Assembly (NCBI RefSeq): GCF_900199515.1
Contig: NZ_LT963434.1
Span: 273,272-305,271 of the forward strand
Direction of reading: 5' to 3'
Source: Massilicoli timonensis
GTDB taxonomy: Bacteria; Bacillota_I; Bacilli_A; Erysipelotrichales; Erysipelotrichaceae
Length of the DNA stretch: 32,000 bases
The position numbers and the translations under genes were made by a program. Of this stretch, positions 17,939-27,504 are shown in pieces. The notes beneath the pieces were generated by a model. That model was not told the DNA's origin and did no database searches. It was given only the letters and a program-made list of their open reading frames with translations. How positions within the stretch are numbered: position 1 is the first letter of the stretch; every line of letters starts with the position of its first letter.

Positions 17939-19174
17939 CTACCGATACGCAAGCACACATTCAAATTCATACAGACTTTTATAATGCTTTGTCTGCTTTA
18001 CCAGCCATACCAACTGTTTATGAAATACTTGATGAAAAGCAGGGTGCAGACCTTTTAGAACCGGCAATACTTCTTTCATCAGACACCGTTCTAAAAAATA
18101 CACGTCTTTTCCCTTAAAATAAGCATCATAATAGCTCCAGCACTTCTGCAGCGCTTTGCTCGCCTTTGAAAGATCGCGTATGACGATTGCTTCTTTTGAA
18201 AGCATGCCATTAAAAGCAAACTGGGCATCCATATACCAAAGCAAGGCAGGCAGCTGTACGGATCTATCATCATTGAGATAGCAGGCAAACCATTTGATCG
18301 CTTTCTCGTACATTCCCATATCCGCATAGCACTGTGCCAGATTATGAACCGCGGCCAGTTTCCGTTTTTCTTCTAAGTCTTCGTAAGCAGCAAATTGCTT
18401 TTCACATAAAGAGGCATAATAAACAAACTCATTTTTCGCGCAGATGCCGCAAACAGATGCCAGATAAGCAAGCGCATCGACCTCACCGGTATGATTCTCA
18501 GCTTTTCTGCTTTGTTTCAAACAAATGCGCAGCAGCCGATATGCCGCAATTTGATTATCTGATAAATTCGCCAAATGCAGCGCCGCCGTGATCAGTAAAC
18601 GGTAGGCGTTAGACTGACTGATATATCGTTCGTACAGTTTCGCTAAAAAGAGGCGATCATGGCGATAGGCATATTCCCGCTGATAAAGTAAAAAAGCCAT
18701 TACATCCTTGATGCTGCCGGATAAGCAGCCGCATAGCTCCAGCCACTTTCCCGCCTCTTCATTTGTAAAACCGCGCTCCTGTTCCAGGATCTCTTTCATA
18801 AGCACACAGGCTTCACAGGCAATTTTTGAGAAAGCGCCGGACTGCTTCGATAATACTTCGGAGAGCTCCGCCAAAAGAATGAAAACTTCTTTATCGTGAT
18901 AATAAGCAAACGCATCTGACAAGCGCTTCGTTAATTGATGAAATTCCACATACTCGTCCATATGTGCATCATGATGCAAATGATAGATCGCTAAGATCTT
19001 TTCATAATGTTCGTCATCTTTTAAGAGCTTGCCTGCTTCAAGCGACTGATAAGAGCGAAGGGATATGCCGCAGCGATCCGCGATCTCCTGTTGTGTAAGA
19101 CGATGTTTTTTTCTCAGCATCCGAAAAAGGATCGCATACTGCTTTTTCTCTATGGGCAAAATCTCAAGAAGCAT
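17939..19174 (-). CDS. XRE-family HTH transcriptional regulator with a long TPR-like helical C-terminal domain (RNPP-like architecture)
   Basis: The N-terminus LRKKHRLTQQEIADRCGISLRSYQSLEAGK is an HTH_3 motif. About 340 aa of helical-repeat sequence follow, for example AAVHNLAQCYADMGMYEKAIKWF. The start is probably ATG 19174, with GAGGGG 8 nt upstream, overlapping the TrmH-family stop by 11 nt. Confidence 0.75.
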   Translation of the reverse strand: MLLEILPIEKKQYAILFRMLRKKHRLTQQEIADRCGISLRSYQSLEAGKLLKDDEHYEKILAIYHLHHDAHMDEYVEFHQLTKRLSDAFAYYHDKEVFILLAELSEVLSKQSGAFSKIACEACVLMKEILEQERGFTNEEAGKWLELCGCLSGSIKDVMAFLLYQREYAYRHDRLFLAKLYERYISQSNAYRLLITAALHLANLSDNQIAAYRLLRICLKQSRKAENHTGEVDALAYLASVCGICAKNEFVYYASLCEKQFAAYEDLEEKRKLAAVHNLAQCYADMGMYEKAIKWFACYLNDDRSVQLPALLWYMDAQFAFNGMLSKEAIVIRDLSKASKALQKCWSYYDAYFKGKDVYFLERCLMKEVLPVLKGLHPAFHQVFHKQLVWLVKQTKHYKSLYEFECVLAYR

Positions 19175-19919
19175 GCCCATTTCCCCTCATATGATACATA
19201 CAGATCCCCGCCGCTACCGCTACATTCAGTGATTCAAACGATTCCATCTCGATAAAGATGTTTTGATCACAGGCGTTTAACACCGCTTCACTGACGCCGT
19301 TTCCCTCATTGCCAAACACCAGTGCCACTGCTTTGACAGGCATGAATGCAGAAAGTCCTTTACCGCCGCGCAAAGCGGTGCCATACACCGGTATGTTCTG
19401 CTTTTTTAATTGAGCGATCACCGTGAGCAGGTCATTTTGAAATACCGGGATATGAAAGAGCGCCCCCTGCGTCGAACGAATGAGCTTATCCCCATACAGA
19501 TCGACACTGTTAGAGGATAAGACCACTGCATCAAAGCCAAAGCTGTACGCCGTACGAATGATCGTACCGACATTGCCGGGATCCTGCAAGCCATCTAACA
19601 AGATGACTCTTTGTGCATTTTCGCACAAGGTGGCTTCCTGCATTCGACATATCCCCATGTAATGCTCCTTTGATACGTGCATGCGCAGTTTCTCCATGAC
19701 TTCGCCGCTTACTTCATACACCTCATAGCCCGTAAAAGGCAGCGGATAACCGCGTTCCACAATGATCGTTTCCAATACGCCGGCATTTTTTGCTTCTTCT
19801 AATAAATGCAGGCCCTCGATCAAATAGCGCTGATCCTGCATCCGATATTTCTTCTGGTGATATTTTACCCATTTTTTTACTTTTGCATTTGTTTTTGACG
19901 TGATCTGCATGCTGTTCAT
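19164..19919 (-). CDS. TrmH/SpoU-family RNA 2'-O-methyltransferase (YsgA/RlmB-like)
   Basis: SpoU motifs LDGLQDPGNVGTIIRTA, FGNEGNGVS and SLNVAVAAGI. Its position relative to pheS matches B. subtilis ysgA. Confidence 0.85.
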   Translation of the reverse strand: MNSMQITSKTNAKVKKWVKYHQKKYRMQDQRYLIEGLHLLEEAKNAGVLETIIVERGYPLPFTGYEVYEVSGEVMEKLRMHVSKEHYMGICRMQEATLCENAQRVILLDGLQDPGNVGTIIRTAYSFGFDAVVLSSNSVDLYGDKLIRSTQGALFHIPVFQNDLLTVIAQLKKQNIPVYGTALRGGKGLSAFMPVKAVALVFGNEGNGVSEAVLNACDQNIFIEMESFESLNVAVAAGICMYHMRGNGHAS

Positions 19920-19936
19920 CCCTTCTTCGTATCGTT

Positions 19937-19945
19937 ATTATAGCA
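19937..19945 (-). promoter_or_regulatory. Extended -10 promoter element upstream of the TrmH-family gene
   Basis: The minus strand reads TGcTATAAT (TATAAT at 19937-19942). Confidence 0.45.
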
Positions 19946-19990
19946 TAATGCCCAGCGGTATTCCCAGCGTTTCAGCGAAAAGAAACAATA

Positions 19991-20046
19991 GAAAAATCCC
20001 ATCTGCTCAGCAGCACAAGATCGGCTGCCGCAAAATAGATGGGATC
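19991..20046 (-). terminator. Intrinsic terminator after ileS
   Basis: ATCCCATCT (19996-20004) / AGATGGGAT (20037-20045) with inner GCAGC/GCTGC pairing, followed on the minus strand by TTTTT. Confidence 0.7.
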
Positions 20047-20071
20047 GATCATTTGATAAAACTTCAATGTG

Positions 20072-22789
20072 TTATTTCAAAACATTGGCACAGCGTTCGC
20101 AAAGTCCATCCTCTGCATGTGAATGGGTGATGTTCCAGCAGCGTGGACATACGACGCCCTCCGCTTTTGTAACCGCCGCCTCACATGTTTCATAGGTCTT
20201 GAGCTGATCGCCGCTGAAAGAAACTTCCGATACGATCAGCCACTGGGCAAAGCGATCGCCGAATACTTTCTCGATCAAAGCACGATCTGCTTCGCTTACC
20301 TGCAAATGCACATGTGCTTCCAATGATTTACCGATGATCTTCTCACTGCGCGCTTCTTCCAGCGCCTTGAAAATATCGCTTCTCATTGCCAGTAACCGTT
20401 TCATTTTAGAAACGATATCATCACTGTTTGCGATCGGTACGTTTTCCGCAAAGCGGCCGAGATGAATGCTTTTTTCTTCTGCATGGAAGAAAGAATTGAT
20501 CTCTTCACAGGTATGTACCAGGATCGGTGCCCATAGGCGCAGCAGCACATCTACCGCATGATACAGCACGCTCTGTACCTGATGACGTCTTGGCGCATTC
20601 TGCTTTTCGATATATAAAATATCTTTGGTATAATCCAAGTAATACGCACTAAATTCATTCGTCATGACATTGGTAAGCAAACCGCTCGCATCGGAATAGC
20701 GATACTCCCGATACGCCTGTTTCACTTTTTCATTGACATCGTTAAGAACGCAAAGCATGTATTGATCACTTAACGGCAGCTCTTTAGCCGCTACCAGATC
20801 CGCTTTGGTAAAATCACTGATATTGGCAAGCAGGAAACGGAACGTATTGCGCACCTTGCGATAGGCTTCGCTGCACTGCTTCAAGATTTCATCGCTCATC
20901 GAGCAGTCTGCCTGATAATCCACACTTGCCGCCCAGATGCGTAAAATATCCGCACCGTATTTCTTTGTGATCTCACCCGGTGCCACCGCATTCCACTGTG
21001 ATTTTGACATCTTGACTCCTTTGCCGTCCATTACGAAGCCATGGGAAAGCACCTGTTTATACGGCGCATGTCCATGCACTGCCGTACCGATGATCAAAGA
21101 AGAATTAAACCAGCCGCGGTACTGATCGCTGCCTTCAAAATAAAGATCAGCCGGATAGCCTAAGCCTTTCTCCATCATGGCGCCGGTATGGGAAGAACCG
21201 GAATCAAACCAAACATCCATCGTATCCATCTCTTTGCGGAAAATGCCGTTTGGCGATAATGGATGCGTATAGCCCAGCGGCAATAATTCCTTCGCTTCTT
21301 TTTCAAACCAAATATTAGAGCCATGCTCCGCAAACAGCTTTGCCACGTGCGCAAACACCGCTTCATCCATGATCGGCGTATCATCTTCCGCATAGAAGAT
21401 CGGAATCGGCACGCCCCATGCACGCTGACGGGAAATACACCAGTCGCCGCGGTCTGCGATCATATTGTGCATGCGCTGTTTGCCCCATGCCGGGATCCAT
21501 TCCACTTGATCGATCTCCTGCAACAGTTTTTCTCTGATCTGATCGATCGATGCGAACCACTGCGTCGTCGCACGATAAATGATCGGCTTTTTCGTACGCC
21601 AGTCATGCGGATACGCATGCGTGATAAATTCCAGTTTCAACAAGGCGCCCAGTTCATCCAGACGTTGGGTGACGGTCTTGTTGGCGTCTTCCACATACTG
21701 TCCTTCTAACCACTCGCCCGCTTCTTTCATCATGCACCCTTTTTCATCGACATTGCAATAAGCAGGCAAGCCATACTTCATGCCGACAAAGAAGTCATCC
21801 GCTCCAAAGCCCGGCGCCGTATGCACACAACCGGTACCGGCATCCGCACTGACATGATCGCCTAAGATCACCAGTGATTCTTTATCATAAAGAGGATGCT
21901 TGCAGGTAATCAGTTCTAATTCTTTGCCTTTGAACGTCTTTAACCGTTTTTTCTCTTGCAGCGCAAACTTCTCCCAAAGGGTATCTACTAATTCTTCCAA
22001 AACGATCAGTTTGCCTTTTTCACTTTCCACTAAGGCATAAGTGAAATCCGGATTCAAACAGATCGCCAGATTGGCAGGAATCGTCCATGGCGTCGTCGTC
22101 CAGATCACAAAAGCACAGTCCTGATCCAAGATGCCTTTGCCATCTAATACCGAAAACTTAACAAAGATCGTCGGTGATTTCACATCTTTATACTCGATCT
22201 CCGCTTCCGCCAAGGCTGATTCACTGGAAGGCGACCAGTAGACCGGCTTCAATCCTTTATAGATCAAGCCATCCATCGCCATCTTTCCGAATACTTCGAT
22301 CTGTCGTGCCTCAAATACCTTTTGCAGGGTAATATAAGGATCATCATAATCCCCGATGCACCCAAGTGATAAAAAGCCCTTTTTCTGTCTTTCCACCTGC
22401 TCTAACGCATAATCGTAACAAAGCTTTCTGAAATCAGCGATCTTCATTTCCTTGCGGTTGTAGCCAAGCTTTTGGATCGCCGTTTCGATCGGCAAACCAT
22501 GTGTATCCCAGCCCGGCACAAACGGCGTGGCATAGCCATCCATAAAATGTGTACGCACGATAAAATCTTTGATGATCTTATTCATCGCATGCCCCAAATG
22601 AATATCTCCGTTTGCATAAGGAGGACCATCATGCAGTACAAAAAGCGGCGCGCCTTCCCGTTTCGCCAGCATTTCGTGATAGAGATCATCACGCTGCCAC
22701 AGCTCCTGAATGCCCGGTTCTTTCTTTGGCAGATTCCCTCGCATCTCAAATGCGGTCTTCGGCATCAATAGTGTTTCTTTATACTCCAT
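20072..22789 (-). CDS. ileS: Isoleucine--tRNA ligase
   Basis: The N-terminus MEYKETLLMPKTAFEMRGNLP matches canonical IleRS. It has HIGH (HLGH), KMSKS and C-terminal Zn-finger cysteines CPRCW...CERC. The start is set at ATG 22789, because the track start at 22834 lies in the T-box terminator U-run. Confidence 0.97.
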   Translation of the reverse strand: MEYKETLLMPKTAFEMRGNLPKKEPGIQELWQRDDLYHEMLAKREGAPLFVLHDGPPYANGDIHLGHAMNKIIKDFIVRTHFMDGYATPFVPGWDTHGLPIETAIQKLGYNRKEMKIADFRKLCYDYALEQVERQKKGFLSLGCIGDYDDPYITLQKVFEARQIEVFGKMAMDGLIYKGLKPVYWSPSSESALAEAEIEYKDVKSPTIFVKFSVLDGKGILDQDCAFVIWTTTPWTIPANLAICLNPDFTYALVESEKGKLIVLEELVDTLWEKFALQEKKRLKTFKGKELELITCKHPLYDKESLVILGDHVSADAGTGCVHTAPGFGADDFFVGMKYGLPAYCNVDEKGCMMKEAGEWLEGQYVEDANKTVTQRLDELGALLKLEFITHAYPHDWRTKKPIIYRATTQWFASIDQIREKLLQEIDQVEWIPAWGKQRMHNMIADRGDWCISRQRAWGVPIPIFYAEDDTPIMDEAVFAHVAKLFAEHGSNIWFEKEAKELLPLGYTHPLSPNGIFRKEMDTMDVWFDSGSSHTGAMMEKGLGYPADLYFEGSDQYRGWFNSSLIIGTAVHGHAPYKQVLSHGFVMDGKGVKMSKSQWNAVAPGEITKKYGADILRIWAASVDYQADCSMSDEILKQCSEAYRKVRNTFRFLLANISDFTKADLVAAKELPLSDQYMLCVLNDVNEKVKQAYREYRYSDASGLLTNVMTNEFSAYYLDYTKDILYIEKQNAPRRHQVQSVLYHAVDVLLRLWAPILVHTCEEINSFFHAEEKSIHLGRFAENVPIANSDDIVSKMKRLLAMRSDIFKALEEARSEKIIGKSLEAHVHLQVSEADRALIEKVFGDRFAQWLIVSEVSFSGDQLKTYETCEAAVTKAEGVVCPRCWNITHSHAEDGLCERCANVLK

Positions 22790-22834
22790 CTTTTTCACCC
22801 GGAATGCTTTTTCATTCCTGCTCCTTTCTTTCAT

Positions 22835-23030
22835 AAAAAAACGCCCTTATCGCTAAGGACGTAAAATTACGCGGTACCACCTTAGTTCATATGATTGCTC
22901 ATATGCGCTCAAACCTGTAACGCAGGCTGCGGATGATCCTACTCGCTTTCAGATCATCAGCTCAAAAGTGATCCAAACAGTTTCCCATTCATCGAACTTT
23001 CACCATACTTCGACTCGCTATCAATGTTTC
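22835..23030 (-). promoter_or_regulatory. T-box riboswitch leader (Ile) controlling ileS
   Basis: The minus strand has AGUAGGAUCAUCCGC with the AUC Ile codon, the T-box AACTAAGGTGGTACCGCG, an antiterminator CTAAGG-UGGUACC-GCG...CGU-CCUUAG, and a terminator CGTCCTTA-GCGA-TAAGGGCG followed by TTTTTTT. Confidence 0.88.
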
Positions 23031-23045
23031 ACTGCTTCGTCTTTC

Positions 23046-23522
23046 TCATTGCTTTTCATTTGTTTTCGTACTGTTCAAAAACTCCGGATCGGGGATCGGC
23101 GGTATCTGAAACTGCTCTAAAGTTGTGCTTAATGCATCTAACTGCTCGCGCATATTTCCTTTCAGTTCACTGGCTTCCATACCGAGCTTTGCCACATCCA
23201 ATAAGATCCTGCGCGCCGTCATCAGCGCTTCCTGCACGATCAGATCCGCATTGTTATGCGCGGTATTTACGATCGTGTTAGCGTCTTTCATGGCAATGCG
23301 GGTCAAATCCTGCGCCGCCCGTTCCTTCGCCGCCAAAGAATCCACCACCAGCTGGTATTTTTCTTTGATCTGGCGAATCTGCTTTTCCATTTCCTCGCTT
23401 TGCAGCTGATACATATCCAGTTTGCGATAGAGCATGGCGATTTCTTCATTCATAGATGCGATCTTGTCATCAACCTGATAACGATTGTAGCCGTTGCGCA
23501 TCGTATCAAATTTTTCTGCCAT
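23046..23522 (-). CDS. divIVA: DivIVA-domain cell-division protein
   Basis: The N-terminus FDTMRNGYNRYQVDDKIASMNEEI is followed by a coiled-coil. Its position between ylmH and ileS is conserved. Confidence 0.85.
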   Translation of the reverse strand: MAEKFDTMRNGYNRYQVDDKIASMNEEIAMLYRKLDMYQLQSEEMEKQIRQIKEKYQLVVDSLAAKERAAQDLTRIAMKDANTIVNTAHNNADLIVQEALMTARRILLDVAKLGMEASELKGNMREQLDALSTTLEQFQIPPIPDPEFLNSTKTNEKQ

Positions 23523-23535
23523 CCCTTCACCTCCC

Positions 23536-24306
23536 CTAACGCATTTTTCTTATCACTGCAACGAAGTTTCCTTTTTTTGTCGTATGGGAGATTTCCACAA
23601 AGACAAATCTGCCATAGCCACGAATCGAAATGGTACTCATATTATTGCATATTCTATCACATTGTTCAAGTATTACATGATTGATTTTTACCAAGCCGCG
23701 CTGGATCAGTTCCTTTGCTTTGGCTCTGGAAATGTGTGCGCAGGCGCTGACTACCGCATCGCATCGCGCACTGCTGATGATCGGATGAAACTCCTCGTAT
23801 TTTGCTTCATGGATCACTTCTTCATCACAGCATTCCAACTTCACGCTACTATGGCGCACACGGGTAAGCTCCATCATGAAAAAGTCAGCCATATGCTTTG
23901 CCACATACACATACAGCGCGTCCTCCTTGATCAAAATATCGCCGAATACATCACGGCTTACGCCCAGCTTCATCATTGCCCCCAGTACATCACGATGGGT
24001 GATCTTGTCATAACGAGGATGTAGACGCGCCTTTAATAACACGATCTGAAAATCCTCATCGACCTCTGTATAGGGCGGAAACAGTTTCAAACGACAATGC
24101 TCAGCGCCGGCATAACCGCCGCCGTATGTATAAGTCATGCGTCTGCCGATATATGTAACCGCGCACATGAGCTGTGCAGGCGTCAAAAAAGAGGTAATCA
24201 TCGGCTGATACGTGCGCTGCGCTTGATCCATCAGATCATGCAGACGCTCGATCAGTTCTTCATTACCTCGTTCGCTGCTGCCTGTTACATTATTCTTCGC
24301 CGGCAT
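23536..24306 (-). CDS. ylmH: YlmH-family RNA-binding (S4 domain) protein
   Basis: 256 aa with a C-terminal S4-like RCDAVVSACAHISRAKAKELIQRGLVKINHV. The order sepF-ylmH-divIVA is conserved. Confidence 0.8.
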   Translation of the reverse strand: MPAKNNVTGSSERGNEELIERLHDLMDQAQRTYQPMITSFLTPAQLMCAVTYIGRRMTYTYGGGYAGAEHCRLKLFPPYTEVDEDFQIVLLKARLHPRYDKITHRDVLGAMMKLGVSRDVFGDILIKEDALYVYVAKHMADFFMMELTRVRHSSVKLECCDEEVIHEAKYEEFHPIISSARCDAVVSACAHISRAKAKELIQRGLVKINHVILEQCDRICNNMSTISIRGYGRFVFVEISHTTKKGNFVAVIRKMR

Positions 24307-24688
24307 CCAAGTTGATTTTACCGCCGACCGAAATCACTTTCGGCGTACACAAGATCACGTTATGACCGATCTTTTGGATCGACCCGTCCAGTGCAAACAC
24401 CACACCGGTCAAAAAGTCGATCGTGCGCTGTGCGTATTCCCGCTGCAATTTATGCAGGTTGATGACTGCCGCACGGTTTTCCTTCAAACGGCGCGCCACT
24501 TCCTCCGCCTCATCAAAAGAACGGGGTTCAAACAGCACCATCTTCGTATCACCGGACATCTTCGGCATCGCTTTGGCATGATGGCTTTCATATTCAGAAA
24601 GGCCGACTGCTTCTTCCTCATCTAATTCAAGAACTTCATCGTCATCCATCGGCGCGATAAATTCCTTAAATTTCTGACCAAATCCCAT
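24290..24688 (-). CDS. sepF: Cell division protein SepF
   Basis: Conserved core MVLFEPRSFDEAEEVARRLKENRAAVINL. The start is set at ATG 24688, with TTAGGAGGTG upstream. Confidence 0.9.
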   Translation of the reverse strand: MGFGQKFKEFIAPMDDDEVLELDEEEAVGLSEYESHHAKAMPKMSGDTKMVLFEPRSFDEAEEVARRLKENRAAVINLHKLQREYAQRTIDFLTGVVFALDGSIQKIGHNVILCTPKVISVGGKINLDAGEE

Positions 24689-24782
24689 AAAGGCACCTCC
24701 TAATTCCATGATATTATAACATACTTTTTCTCACGAATATAGTACCTCTGCACTTTTTTCAGGTCTTTGTGTCCAAAAAGCT

Positions 24783-25031
24783 TTAAGAATTTGCTTCTAC
24801 CACCAAAATGACGTCCTTACCGATCTGTTCGATCCGTTTGACCGCGATCGCAATTTCCGGTTCCTGAAACAGCCATGGAAAGTATTTATGGATCCCTTTG
24901 GGCGGCTGCCTTACAAAGAGCACCGTGATCTTCAGATCACATTCCTCGATTTCCAGATCGCTGATATAGCCTAAAAAGCGCCCATCGCAAACACTGACCA
25001 CTTCTTTTTCTCTTAGCTCCGTATAACGCAT
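24783..25031 (-). CDS. ylmC: YlmC/YmxH-family PRC-barrel sporulation protein
   Basis: 82 aa. LREKEVVSVCDGRFLGYISDLEI...IEQIGKDVILV matches the YlmC/YmxH pattern. Confidence 0.85.
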   Translation of the reverse strand: MRYTELREKEVVSVCDGRFLGYISDLEIEECDLKITVLFVRQPPKGIHKYFPWLFQEPEIAIAVKRIEQIGKDVILVVEANS

Positions 25032-25075
25032 CCTATCACCCTGCTACAATATATGCGCGCTTTTATCAAATAGTG

Positions 25076-25852
25076 CTATTCAAACTGCTTTTTCAATGCC
25101 GCGATGGCGTTTTTTTCCAGCCTTGAAACCTGCGCCTGTGAAATACCAAGCTCTTGTGCGATCTCAACCTGTGTCATATCCTGAAAATAGCGTTTGCGAA
25201 TGATATCGCTCTCTTTTTCACTCAATGTCCGCATACTTTTGCGCAGCGTCATGATATTACACAGCTTGCCGATCTCATCATGCTCGTCTTTTACCTGATC
25301 GATCAAATATAATTCATCGCCGTCATGATTATAGATCGGTTCATAGATCGAAAGTACGCTTTGGATCGAATCAAACGCATCCTCAATATCCTTCACCTTC
25401 ACTTGCAGCTTTTCTGCCAGCCACTGGTTAGTCGGTTCTTGCTGATGTTGTTGCAGGTAGCGCTCTTTTTCCTGCATCGCCTTATAAGCGAGATCTTTCA
25501 GATGCCGAGAAATGCGGATCACGCTATTGTCTCTTAAATAACGCTTGATCTCACCGACGATCATCGGCACCGCATAAGTGGAAAAGCGCACTTCATGCTT
25601 CAGATCAAAATGATCGATCGATTTGATCAGCCCGATGCAGCCGACCTGAAACAGATCATCCATATTCTCACAGCGAGATGAAAAACGCTGTACGATCGAC
25701 AGCACTAATTTCAGATTTCCGTTCATCAGTTTTTCTTTGGCGCTTTCATCCCCCGCCTGCAGTTTCAAAAACAGTTCCTTCATTTCCTCATTGGATAAAA
25801 CACGCAGCGACGATGTCGTAATACCGCTGATCTCCACTTTATAGCGACTCAT
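25076..25852 (-). CDS. sigG: Sporulation sigma factor SigG
   Basis: The N-terminus KVEISGITTSSLRVLSNEEMKELF...NGNLKLVLSIVQRF is close to my recollection of B. subtilis SigG. It lies immediately after sigE. Confidence 0.9.
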   Translation of the reverse strand: MSRYKVEISGITTSSLRVLSNEEMKELFLKLQAGDESAKEKLMNGNLKLVLSIVQRFSSRCENMDDLFQVGCIGLIKSIDHFDLKHEVRFSTYAVPMIVGEIKRYLRDNSVIRISRHLKDLAYKAMQEKERYLQQHQQEPTNQWLAEKLQVKVKDIEDAFDSIQSVLSIYEPIYNHDGDELYLIDQVKDEHDEIGKLCNIMTLRKSMRTLSEKESDIIRKRYFQDMTQVEIAQELGISQAQVSRLEKNAIAALKKQFE

Positions 25853-25892
25853 GCCCCAGCCTCCTTGCTAGTAGCATTGTTCCCGAAAGCAA

Positions 25893-25923
25893 ACAAAAAA
25901 CAACTGGTAAAACATGCCAGTTG
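25893..25923 (-). terminator. Hairpin plus U-run between sigE and sigG
   Basis: CAACTGG (25901-25907) / CCAGTTG (25917-25923), followed on the minus strand by TTTTTT, and starting 2 nt after the sigE stop. Confidence 0.65.
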
Positions 25924-25924
25924 T

Positions 25925-26620
25925 CTAGTCTTGGTGCATCGTCGTTTTTAATTTTGCCAAGATCCGCTTTTCCAGGCGGGAAATATACGACTGTGAAATG
26001 CCCAAACGATCCGCAATGTCTTTTTGGGTCAGCTCTTCGTGATCGATCCCATAGCGCATCTGTAAGATCAGCCGTTCGCGCTCCTTTAACGTGCTCATCG
26101 CCTTTAACAGCTCTCTGCGGTTTTCATTCTTTTCAAATTCTTTTGTTACCAGATCATCATCGGTACCGATGATATCCGATAGCAACAACTCATTGCCGTC
26201 ATAATCGACATTTAACGGTTCATCAAAGGATACCTCGGCTTTGCGCCGGTTTTTCTTGCGCAGAAACATCAGGATCTCATTTTCGATACAGCGGGAAGCA
26301 TATGTAACCAGCTTGATATTCTTATCCCGCTTAAAGGTATTGACCGCCTTGATCAAGCCAATGCTGCCGATGCTGATCAGATCCTCCATAAAGATCGGAT
26401 TGGTCTCATAACGCTTGGCGATATAGACGACTAACCGCAGGTTGTGTTCGATCAATTTATTGCGCGCTGCTTCATCGCCGTTTTCAAAAGCGATCAGCGT
26501 TTCCCGTTCTTCCTCTTTGGAAAGCGGCTGCGGGAGCGCTTCACTTCCCTGCAAATACGCGACGCTGTGCAGATCTTTTTTATGAAATAGCCATTTCCAA
26601 ATACGCATCCATCGTTTCAT
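25925..26620 (-). CDS. sigE: Sporulation sigma factor SigE (pro-sigma-E)
   Basis: [17 protein letters not shown]...[12 protein letters not shown] matches pro-SigE, including an N-terminal pro-sequence. SD GAGGTGA lies within the spoIIGA 3' end. Confidence 0.92.
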   Translation of the reverse strand: MKRWMRIWKWLFHKKDLHSVAYLQGSEALPQPLSKEEERETLIAFENGDEAARNKLIEHNLRLVVYIAKRYETNPIFMEDLISIGSIGLIKAVNTFKRDKNIKLVTYASRCIENEILMFLRKKNRRKAEVSFDEPLNVDYDGNELLLSDIIGTDDDLVTKEFEKNENRRELLKAMSTLKERERLILQMRYGIDHEELTQKDIADRLGISQSYISRLEKRILAKLKTTMHQD

Positions 26621-26624
26621 ATGT

Positions 26625-27362
26625 TCACCTCACCATAAATATATTGCGATTCAAAATACAAGCCGCACCCAGTTCTTTGGATATCGTCTTTTCTACATTG
26701 ACATATACCTTCGCGCATATGCCGTTTTCCAATTTGATCCGCGCTTCATACACCCTTGTGATCTCGACCCCGCTCACACTGTGCAAAATGACCAGATCGA
26801 CCTGTGAAGCAGTAAAATAGGAGCAATAGCGCTGATCTAAAAAAATAATGGGAATCTGATGATAAGTCGCCAGATTGCCGCTGTCCAAGTATCCGATCAG
26901 CTTCAGCTTTGTATCTGCCGTATAAAGCGTAAATGGATAACTGTACTGCATCGCACATAGAAACAATTTGCCATTCGCAAACAAAAATACCAGACCGAGC
27001 AATAAAACCACCCAAAACAAAATGATTTCACAGCGCATCGGCACAAAGTAGAGCAGATTGTGAAAACTGCCCTTCAAAAAAGCATATTCCGCAAAGGACA
27101 AAAGCATGCGTATGGTATATGCGAACACGTAGCATTTCATATGCCAGCGAAAAATCGAAAAAAACAAAATGACCTCCATGGCGATCATAAACCATAAGCT
27201 CCAATCATTCCAAAGCACTACACCAAACAAGGTAATAAACAGCGTATAAATGAGCATCTTGCGCCATGACAGCGGCTGAATGGACAGATAGGACGCTGTG
27301 CATAAGGAAAATAAGATCACGATCACGGCATTCAGCCAAGTAACCTCCAAATAACTGTCCAC
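26625..27362 (-). CDS. spoIIGA: Sigma-E processing peptidase SpoIIGA
   Basis: Five N-terminal TM helices and a C-terminal aspartic protease motif GYLDSGN. It lies directly upstream of sigE. Confidence 0.82.
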   Translation of the reverse strand: MDSYLEVTWLNAVIVILFSLCTASYLSIQPLSWRKMLIYTLFITLFGVVLWNDWSLWFMIAMEVILFFSIFRWHMKCYVFAYTIRMLLSFAEYAFLKGSFHNLLYFVPMRCEIILFWVVLLLGLVFLFANGKLFLCAMQYSYPFTLYTADTKLKLIGYLDSGNLATYHQIPIIFLDQRYCSYFTASQVDLVILHSVSGVEITRVYEARIKLENGICAKVYVNVEKTISKELGAACILNRNIFMVR

Positions 27363-27458
27363 TGCTTCCCTCCTCCTGTATTATAGAAAGGAGGACAACC
27401 GGATTTTGTCAGATTATGAGAACAGTTTGCTTTCTATCCTTTTCTTCCCGCAGACATA

Positions 27459-27496
27459 TAAAAAACATGCTCCGAATGAGAAGAACATGTTTTTAT
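27459..27496. terminator. A/T-flanked hairpin after the ABC operon
   Basis: AACATG (27464-27469) / CATGTT (27486-27491), extended by an A-run and a T-run. Confidence 0.5.
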
Positions 27497-27504
27497 GCGT
27501 TCGG

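Noticed and set aside
27363-27458. Spo0A boxes (TGNCGAA) upstream of spoIIGA.
   Set aside because: Only 5/7 matches were found (for example TGTCAGA and CTCCGAA). This is too weak to call without alignment to related genomes.
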